A stretch of 43,523 bases of DNA from Planctomycetota bacterium (lineage in GTDB: Bacteria > Planctomycetota > UBA11346). Where the stretch lies: assembly GCA_038231435.1 (NCBI GenBank), contig JBBRLJ010000043.1:1-43523 (forward strand). The letters are read 5' to 3'. This document shows, in pieces, positions 19,999-26,583 of the stretch. The notes below the pieces were generated by a model, which saw only the letters and a program-made list of their open reading frames with translations, was not told the DNA's origin and did not search any database. The position numbers and the translations under genes are program-made. Each line of letters opens with the position of its first letter. Position 1 is the first letter of the stretch.

Positions 19999-20792
19999 TG
20001 CCCATCAAGCGGCCTCTACCCCCTACCGCAAAGCGCCTGCGCCAAGCGATGGGCATTGCCAAATTATCTGCAAAAAGCCTGGGCAAAAAGACCGGCCTAA
20101 GCCGCAATGCGATCCAATCCTACGCCGACGGAACGCGAACCGGACTGACCCATATCAAAGCGATGGCTGCGGCACTCGGTGTTTCTGAAGATTGGCTTCT
20201 CACCGGAAATACCCCACCTCCATGGGCAGTAAATGGGGCGACTGAGAGGGTGGAGCAAGTTTTCTCACACATCCCCGAAAGCGTACCGCTTGAAGATTCT
20301 ATAGCCTCCGGGACTACGCTGGCAAAAGACATGTATGTCAAAAGCGGCTTATTTCCTCGCTACTCAGTTGAGATGGATTTCTTTGAGATATGCCAGCTGC
20401 GCGTCTTACTGAATGCAATTGGAAAAATTAATCCGGATGGACTCGAAGGTCTTTTTGAGAAAGAAGTCTTGGCCCGCCTAAACAAAAAACTTGAGACGAT
20501 GATGTGGGGCGTGACGGGTGGAGAAAACCACCTAAAGCAAATGACAGATGCGATTGCTGGTATGAAAATTGCCGGAAAATATATGGATATGGCGAACGAA
20601 TTGTTTGCACGCCTAAGGACTAATGAAGCAAACAAAACGCCCGACATCGATTATGATAGAATTTTCAACGACACGGTTGCGAAGTACGGTTTTGAAATCG
20701 GCATGTCAATGCTTCCGGCCATTATTGAAAAAGCGCATTCCGAATCACTCTCGAAGGGGCCTTCGGCTCCTTCAGGCCCCTTCCCGCTGTAG
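19998..20792 (+). CDS. XRE/cI-like HTH repressor
   Basis: AKRLRQAM...LSAKSLGKKTGLSRNAIQSY...IKAMAAALGVSEDWLLTG is a typical XRE HTH; likely start MPIKRP at 19998; C-terminal domain unrecognised. Confidence 0.85.
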   Translation: MPIKRPLPPTAKRLRQAMGIAKLSAKSLGKKTGLSRNAIQSYADGTRTGLTHIKAMAAALGVSEDWLLTGNTPPPWAVNGATERVEQVFSHIPESVPLEDSIASGTTLAKDMYVKSGLFPRYSVEMDFFEICQLRVLLNAIGKINPDGLEGLFEKEVLARLNKKLETMMWGVTGGENHLKQMTDAIAGMKIAGKYMDMANELFARLRTNEANKTPDIDYDRIFNDTVAKYGFEIGMSMLPAIIEKAHSESLSKGPSAPSGPFPL

Positions 20793-20810
20793 CGGGCCCC
20801 TTCCTCTTAA

Positions 20811-20879
20811 GTCGCTTCGGCGCTCGCGCAGCCATGTGAAAGAGCTCGGCGAAACGTCCGGCGCAGTGACAAGTTAGGC
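20811..20879 (-). other. Truncated attC site (R''/L'' half only)
   Basis: Plus 20856-20882 GTCCGGCGCAGTGACAAGTTAGGCATC matches 22011-22037 of an intact attC at 24/27 positions; the L'/R' half is missing. Confidence 0.7.
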
Positions 20880-20894
20880 ATCGCTGATAAGTTA

Positions 20895-21356
20895 TTATTT
20901 ATTTCGAGGATCTATTGCTTCTTTAATTATTGATTTGAGCTCTTCCTGGTGCTTCTCAACGTTTTTTACCATATGTGTAGATATGGCTTCGTTTATGTCA
21001 TTAATCTTAGAAAAGTATCTACGGCCTGATTCTGTCTTCGCAAATGAAACGATGTCAGCTAACTCTTCCTTTGAAAAGGTATCTTTCATTTCCGCCTTAT
21101 ACGCTTCATCAAATGACTCTACTGTAAACCATTTATTATAATATTGTTCCAACTGTCCCTTTACCTTTATAAGAACTGGGTAACATTCAACTTCGGATCG
21201 CACAATAATTTTTTTTGTTGCCTCTACTTGTTTTTGAACGCCAGTTAGATCACTTAATTCTTGGATTAGCTCCTCTGAAGTTCGAATGACTTCAGCTGAC
21301 CACGCGGAACAGGATAGAATACTTTTCAGAATAATTAGAGTCAGGCAATACTTCAT
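20895..21356 (-). CDS. Cassette gene: secreted DUF2059-like protein
   Basis: Signal peptide; FSKEELADIVSFAKTESGRRY resembles the DUF2059 pattern; AT-rich; followed by an attC half-site. Confidence 0.7.
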   Translation of the reverse strand: MKYCLTLIILKSILSCSAWSAEVIRTSEELIQELSDLTGVQKQVEATKKIIVRSEVECYPVLIKVKGQLEQYYNKWFTVESFDEAYKAEMKDTFSKEELADIVSFAKTESGRRYFSKINDINEAISTHMVKNVEKHQEELKSIIKEAIDPRNK

Positions 21357-21517
21357 AAGGTATTTATCTTTCCTGTAATGCGTGGGTCAATGTTACGGAA
21401 TACTTTAATCGGTGTGGTTAGGGGCGTAGGTCATTGCCAGCTTCACAATGCGCAAATCCGCGGCGCAGGCACAATAGAATTGCAGCGATCTGATGGGCTC
21501 CTGATACATAGATAGTG

Positions 21518-21880
21518 TCAGTTTTTTTTAAGGAATGCGTACTTTTTCAGAAAGAGATAAGCAGATAAAATTCCTAATGGTAGTCCGAATAAAAAACGCA
21601 CAGTCATACTATAATTGGTATCGTTCTTAGCCATGTAAAAAAGTATGTTCCCAAATTTTGACGCGGGTGGCCAAAGATAGAAGGTAGCACAGTAAATTCC
21701 CATCAATATTCCACACAGCAAGCTAAAGCTACCATATATAATGATACCCAACAGCTTTGAGTCAGGTTCTATTAGAATCGGTATCCGTTCTCCTATGAAG
21801 GAATGCCCACAGGAACAGCGAGTCGCGTTCAAATAGGTCGACTGGCCGCAGTCTGGACAAAACCGTTTTTCGTAAGTCAT
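21518..21880 (-). CDS. Cassette gene: zinc-ribbon membrane protein
   Basis: CPDCG...RCSCG followed by two TM helices; starts 13 bp after a GTTAGGC core site. Confidence 0.7.
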   Translation of the reverse strand: MTYEKRFCPDCGQSTYLNATRCSCGHSFIGERIPILIEPDSKLLGIIIYGSFSLLCGILMGIYCATFYLWPPASKFGNILFYMAKNDTNYSMTVRFLFGLPLGILSAYLFLKKYAFLKKN

Positions 21881-21893
21881 GAGGTAATCAGAC

Positions 21894-22034
21894 GCCTAAC
21901 ACCCGAGGTCACCGGCGGCTGTCTGGGGGCACTTCTCGATGTCGCGGCGCAGGCACAATGGGAGCGTAGCGACCGCCGAGCACGACATTGAGAAGTGCCC
22001 CCAGACAGACGTCCGGTGCAGTGAGTAGTTAGGC
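21894..22034 (-). other. Integron attC site (141 bp)
   Basis: Top (minus) strand GCCTAAC-TACTC-ACTGCACCGGACG...CCGCCGGTGACCTCGGGT-GTTAGGC, with a long internal stem (plus strand CTGTCTGGGGGCACTTCTC / GAGAAGTGCCCCCAGACAG). Confidence 0.92.
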
Positions 22035-22044
22035 ATCACGGGGA

Positions 22045-22614
22045 TTATAAGGATTGCATTTCAGTAACTATATTTAATTCACTATAGTGAAGATAGACTA
22101 ACTTGCCTCTATTTAAATAGATTACATGATCTTTATCTGCGGTGTATGGGTTACCCATGATGGATACGACTTCCTTCCTTGTCATTCCCGCGTGTAATTC
22201 AGGGAATGGATCATAAGGTATTCTACCTTTGAAATATGCGACTTCAGGCTGGATAGAATGGAGGACGACATCAAAATAGACAACGCGAGCATACCCACTT
22301 GTCGTTTTTGTTATCACTGGATATAATTCTAAGTTCTCAATTCGTTTTGCATTCGTAGAGGAAATAATATCTGCGCTGGCCACTTGCTTAGGTGTAACCT
22401 TGCTACTGTGTGGCATTACATCCGGGTCTCTTAGTAAAGTCGGGATTGATTCTTCGTCTATGCTAACATAGCTGGCATCAAGTATAAGTTCTTCAGAATT
22501 GACAATGGTATAGGATTCAGCAGATATATTTTCATTTCTAATGTCGTTGCCGCAAGACGTGAGTGCAGAAAGTGCGAATATCATGACAGGACATGTTGAA
22601 TATTTATTATACAA
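22045..22614 (-). CDS. Cassette gene: putative lipoprotein with SmpA/OmlA-like C-terminal motif
   Basis: Lipobox-like ALTSC; LHAGMTRKEVVSIMGNP; start TTG 22614 or ATG 22584; stop lies 10 bp before the attC. Confidence 0.7.
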   Translation of the reverse strand: MYNKYSTCPVMIFALSALTSCGNDIRNENISAESYTIVNSEELILDASYVSIDEESIPTLLRDPDVMPHSSKVTPKQVASADIISSTNAKRIENLELYPVITKTTSGYARVVYFDVVLHSIQPEVAYFKGRIPYDPFPELHAGMTRKEVVSIMGNPYTADKDHVIYLNRGKLVYLHYSELNIVTEMQSL

Positions 22615-22652
22615 TTTATAATTCCATTTTCAAAGTAAACGATGCTCGTGAC

Positions 22653-22745
22653 GCCTAACAACCAAGATCAGCGGCGCCGAGCCAATAACCGTTCGCCAAG
22701 CACAGAAACCGCCCGACGGGGCGTCCGTTGCATCGCCAGTTAGGC
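22653..22745 (-). other. Integron attC site (93 bp)
   Basis: Top strand GCCTAAC-TGGCG-ATGCAACGGACGCC...GGCGCCGCTGATCTTGGTT-GTTAGGC. Confidence 0.9.
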
Positions 22746-22835
22746 CTGTGAGCAGAATAATTGTTACACTTCATTTTGAAATCAGGCTTGTCAAGAGATG
22801 AGTAAAATGATATCAAGATGGCTTCCATGCCTTCT

Positions 22836-23255
22836 TCATTTTATCTTATTAATTTTTAATGATTCCAATTCTTTTATAAAATCTGTCAGCTCACTGGAGG
22901 ATACCACTCGATTTGAATGAACTGTAAATTTAGATTTATCTTTAGTGTGAATTGTTATGGATGCATCGAATTTACTTCGGCTATATCCTATTATTTGATT
23001 AATTGGAATTTCAACATGCGTCGGTGAATAAAACACCAAATTGTCATTTTTAAGAGTTACATATGGGCGCCCAAGTTTAATAAACCAAATGAACAAACCA
23101 ATACATGGAATGGCAAGAGCACAAAGTGCAGATATATTGAAACCGCTTTTGGCTGCTGCACCAAAAGCCATTACAATAGCAATGCCTGCCGGAACTACCA
23201 TTTGGGTATTTCCAGAGTCGTAAATCAAAAGTTCTTCGTCTTTGGGGATTTTCAC
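22836..23255 (-). CDS. Cassette gene: small membrane protein (two TM helices plus beta-rich, PH-like C-terminus)
   Basis: Two hydrophobic segments followed by YVTLKNDNLVFY...IPINQI; AT-rich; first cassette after the putative attI. Confidence 0.7.
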   Translation of the reverse strand: MKIPKDEELLIYDSGNTQMVVPAGIAIVMAFGAAAKSGFNISALCALAIPCIGLFIWFIKLGRPYVTLKNDNLVFYSPTHVEIPINQIIGYSRSKFDASITIHTKDKSKFTVHSNRVVSSSELTDFIKELESLKINKIK

Positions 23256-23278
23256 GATTGTCGATCTATTAAATTCAG

Positions 23279-23296
23279 GCCTAACACCAATTAGGC
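23279..23296 (-). other. Putative attI-like simple site heading the cassette array
   Basis: Minus strand GCCTAA-TTGGT-GTTAGGC is a compact inverted pair resembling attI1 (CCCTAAAACAAAGTTRRRY). No matching R'' box exists upstream, unlike in an attC. Confidence 0.5.
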
Positions 23297-23709
23297 GTCA
23301 AAAGTGACGTAATATACCACGTCAGGCCAATGCCTGACGTGGTAAGGTCCTGAGTCCCAAAGGCTAGAAAACATTGAGCCCCAACGCGCATGTCACTGGT
23401 CATATTGGCCTAATTCGAATGAACAACTTCCAAGTAAAGCAATCACAATACATATTGTCACCGTTCATCGGGCAGAAAATTCCACCCGCGTCCTTTGGGA
23501 CAGACATTTAATCCCCCTGCCCTCATTCCGTTGGTGTCCGTCATCGCTCCACAGCGCTTGCATTGGAACTGGATGGTTGGCCTGCGGAGTCGGTTCAGAT
23601 AGTGTCCGATGTGTACCCATCGATGCCTCAGATACCAACTTGAAGAAGATCCGTGCGAATGGATCTTCCTAAGGTAGACTTGAAGTTGATCATAAAGTGC
23701 TTTGTCTAC

Positions 23710-23737
23710 TGGCCTTAGGATATATATTATCGGACAT
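23710..23737 (-). other. Right attachment site: dif-like with intact XerC arm and degenerate XerD arm
   Basis: Minus strand ATGTCCGATAA-TATATA-TCCTAAGGCCA; 18 bp identical to the left site. Confidence 0.85.
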
Positions 23738-23820
23738 TATATTCTAGATCAAGACATCATCTGCTTTGGAACCGAATGACGTGATTCCGAACATCCACCG
23801 CAGCCTGGCGATGACGTCGA

Positions 23821-26583
23821 TCAATGGCCCTCGATCACTCCAGCCGCGGCTTCGCGCATCGCCGTGAATGCACGTGGCGTAATTGATCCGTACGACGACG
23901 TGCCCGCGTCATCCTGGTTCTTCTGCATGTGGTGGCCGTCGAGATCCAGGTAGCGGGACATCCAGGTGCGCAGGTCCGCGCGCGAGAGACTGAGCTTGTC
24001 CTGCATCATCGTCAGGTATTCGACGTCCTGTTCGGCGCGCAGATATGCGTCCAGGCGTATGGAGGGGAAGATCTCGGTCCGGCTGTCTGTCGCGCCAACC
24101 GCCTTGCCATCCTGTTTCGATTCGGGGTGGGCGAAGACGAATAGCCCCAGCTGGTCCCCCTTCTTCATAGCCTCGCCGCTCTGGTCGATGGTTTGCCAGG
24201 GCACGACTCCGCTCGCGCCGCGCGAGAAGGCGTCGAGGACCCAGGCCTGAGTCTGGCGGTTACTCTCCTCGACGGCGTTGGTGGTGCCATAGACCCACAG
24301 CCGTTCGCCGGTCACGGCCGAGCGGTCGAGCACCAGGCGCTGGTACTGCTGGTATGCGCCAAAGGCCACCACCCACAGACCGGCGGCGCCGTCGAGGGCG
24401 CCGCGGTCGAACTCGGGGCGCGAGATGTCGATGCGGTAGTCGAGGCGGATCGGGCAGTGGTCGCCTTTCGCCTGGCGAACCAGATCGCCGAAGAATCCCA
24501 GCGCGCGGTAGTCCCACCACGACGCGGGCTCGTCGAGCGTCCAGGGATTGAATGCCGGATCGCCTGGCTTGGTCTTGTTGTTGCAGAACACCTGGAATCC
24601 GGTCTCGGTCCATTTCTGGGCCTTCGCGGTGCGGATGAAGTCCTGCAGGATTGCCACGAAGGTCGTGGCGTATTCGGGGTGCGCAGCGAATCCGGCCCGC
24701 GCGTCGAGGTCTCCGTTCCAATACGGACGCATGTTCAGCGGCCAGCTCTCATGGAAGGTGAGGTAGAACCCGGGCGCCGGCACCGGCCCGCGATGCCCGT
24801 CCGCGAACAGCGAGCCCGACAGGTACGGACCGAAGGCGGCGATGAAGTCGTCCCAGTAGGCATGGGTGTCACCGGGGGCGATGCGGTTGTAGCGGGCCTC
24901 GTCCATGCGCTCGCCCGACGGCAGGCGCATGTCGAGCGAGCATTTGCGTGCGCCAGCGGCGGCGGTGCGGTGCGAGTAATGCAGGATGTTGGCGTGCACG
25001 CGGCGATCGTAGGCGAGCCACTGCAGGCGGTCGAACTCGTCCACCGAATCGGGGAGCCCATAGCCGTTCATCTCGCAGGCGAAAGTCGCGCGCTTCGGCA
25101 GGGCGAAGGAGCGCACATGCAAGCGGATCGGCAGCGAGCGACCGTCGGACACGGTGAATGATCCGACCACGTCCCGCGCCGATCCGGCGAACGGCACGTA
25201 CACCTCGACCGCCAGCGGAAGGTCCTCGGTCGCCGACAATTCGATCTCGTGGTGTTCCGGGCAGGGGATCATCGGATCGGGGACGCGGCCAACGGGAGTA
25301 TCGACCAGCAGGACGCGATGCACGTCGACGCGGCAGCCGGGGACGGTCGCGGTCACGGCCACGCGCCCCCTGCCGCGCGCCAGCACCTGGAATCCAACCA
25401 CTTCGCCACGCGCGGCCGAGAGCGTGATGGCCGTGCCGTCGAAGACTTCGTTATGGGCGCGGAAATCGTCCGGCAGCGCGCCGATAGCCTTGCCCCCTAC
25501 GTCGTACTTGTCGAGCAGTGGGATCACCGCCAGGCCTTCCGGTGGGTCTTCAGGCGTGCTGCGGCCTGGAGCTTTCGCTACGTCCTTCGGCGGTATTGGC
25601 GGCATTGGCAGAGATGGCGGCCGTGGCGCTGTCACGGTGACGGTGGCCGCTGACGATGCGCGTCCAGCGCGGTCGATCACCGTCACCGAGATCGGTTCGC
25701 CCTTGGGGATCACCACGTCGCGCACCCAGATGGTCTGCAGCTCTCCAGGGATCAATCGAGGGATGTCCCAACGCGGCAAGGCCGCCGCTCCCACCATGAC
25801 GCGATAGGCGAATCCGTGCGTGGGCGCGCGCACGCGCACGGCGAACACCCCGGGCTCCACCGGACGCATGGAGAGCTCGCTCGCGGGCTCGGCGCGCTCG
25901 CCAGCATCGACAGGGGCGCATCGCACCAGCAGGTAGGGCTCGCTTCCGGACTGCTCGCGCGAACAGATCGTGGGATTGCGTGAATAGTCCACCGTGGCCT
26001 CGTGCACGCATAGGCCGAAGGCGCATCCGGTGGCGAGCGCGTTCACCAGATCGGGGTCGATGCGCCACGAGTAGACGCCGTCCGCGAGCGCCGCCGACGC
26101 GGCGCTCAACGCCGAACCGGCATTGCCGCCGCACACCGCCGGGAAACGCATGCCCAGCACGCCCCAGCCATCGACGCCGGCGATGCCAGCGGTGAGCGCG
26201 TTCGACGCGTACTCGTCCCACGGGGCCTGGATGGTCGAGACCACGACCGGGCCGAGGTCGATGTCTGCGCGATGGCACACCAGAGTCGCCTCGATGGCGA
26301 CGCGGCCATGCAATGGCGCCATATCGAATGCCAGCGCCACCAGGTGCTGGTTGCCCTTCACGCGGATGTGCGCGGCCTTGCCGGCGTTCTCGCGCTCCTC
26401 GCCCTGATAGAGCACGATCGAGTTGTCGGCCACGCAGGGAAGCCGCACCACCTCCGGTGCGCTGGCTCCGTGCGCGCTATCTGCGCCGAGGGCGACGAGC
26501 GCGACCAGCGGCAGCCACGACGGCCATCCGGAGCCTGCGGAGGCGATGCGCTCGCGGAGCCTAAGCGCCGGGGCGATGCTCAC
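23821..26583 (-). CDS. Large secreted protein with DUF4091/GH123-like C-terminus
   Basis: Signal-like N-terminus; LSAARGEVVGFQV; C-terminal PSIRLDAYLRAEQDVEYL; GTG at 26583 overlaps the upstream stop. Confidence 0.6.
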   Translation of the reverse strand: MSIAPALRLRERIASAGSGWPSWLPLVALVALGADSAHGASAPEVVRLPCVADNSIVLYQGEERENAGKAAHIRVKGNQHLVALAFDMAPLHGRVAIEATLVCHRADIDLGPVVVSTIQAPWDEYASNALTAGIAGVDGWGVLGMRFPAVCGGNAGSALSAASAALADGVYSWRIDPDLVNALATGCAFGLCVHEATVDYSRNPTICSREQSGSEPYLLVRCAPVDAGERAEPASELSMRPVEPGVFAVRVRAPTHGFAYRVMVGAAALPRWDIPRLIPGELQTIWVRDVVIPKGEPISVTVIDRAGRASSAATVTVTAPRPPSLPMPPIPPKDVAKAPGRSTPEDPPEGLAVIPLLDKYDVGGKAIGALPDDFRAHNEVFDGTAITLSAARGEVVGFQVLARGRGRVAVTATVPGCRVDVHRVLLVDTPVGRVPDPMIPCPEHHEIELSATEDLPLAVEVYVPFAGSARDVVGSFTVSDGRSLPIRLHVRSFALPKRATFACEMNGYGLPDSVDEFDRLQWLAYDRRVHANILHYSHRTAAAGARKCSLDMRLPSGERMDEARYNRIAPGDTHAYWDDFIAAFGPYLSGSLFADGHRGPVPAPGFYLTFHESWPLNMRPYWNGDLDARAGFAAHPEYATTFVAILQDFIRTAKAQKWTETGFQVFCNNKTKPGDPAFNPWTLDEPASWWDYRALGFFGDLVRQAKGDHCPIRLDYRIDISRPEFDRGALDGAAGLWVVAFGAYQQYQRLVLDRSAVTGERLWVYGTTNAVEESNRQTQAWVLDAFSRGASGVVPWQTIDQSGEAMKKGDQLGLFVFAHPESKQDGKAVGATDSRTEIFPSIRLDAYLRAEQDVEYLTMMQDKLSLSRADLRTWMSRYLDLDGHHMQKNQDDAGTSSYGSITPRAFTAMREAAAGVIEGH

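Larger units (their letters stand above)
18468..23737. mobile_element. dif-integrated rolling-circle element (IMEX-like) carrying an integron cassette array
   Basis: 18-bp direct repeat ATATATATTATCGGACAT at 18468-18485 and 23720-23737; contains an HUH Rep, an XRE repressor and attC-flanked AT-rich genes; no integrase inside. Confidence 0.85.

Noticed and set aside
20811..23296. GCCTAAC/GTTAGGC repeats as a CRISPR array
   Set aside because: The repeats are inverted pairs separated by whole genes, which fits attC; there is no constant repeat-spacer period and no cas gene.
23416..23709. Possible intI gene or remnant next to the putative attI
   Set aside because: Only very short ORFs in the frames I read (e.g. 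30 aa MNNFQVKQ...), with no tyrosine-recombinase motifs.
18468..23737. Complete filamentous prophage
   Set aside because: No Zot/pI ATPase and no run of small coat-protein genes; at most a satellite or plasmid-like element.
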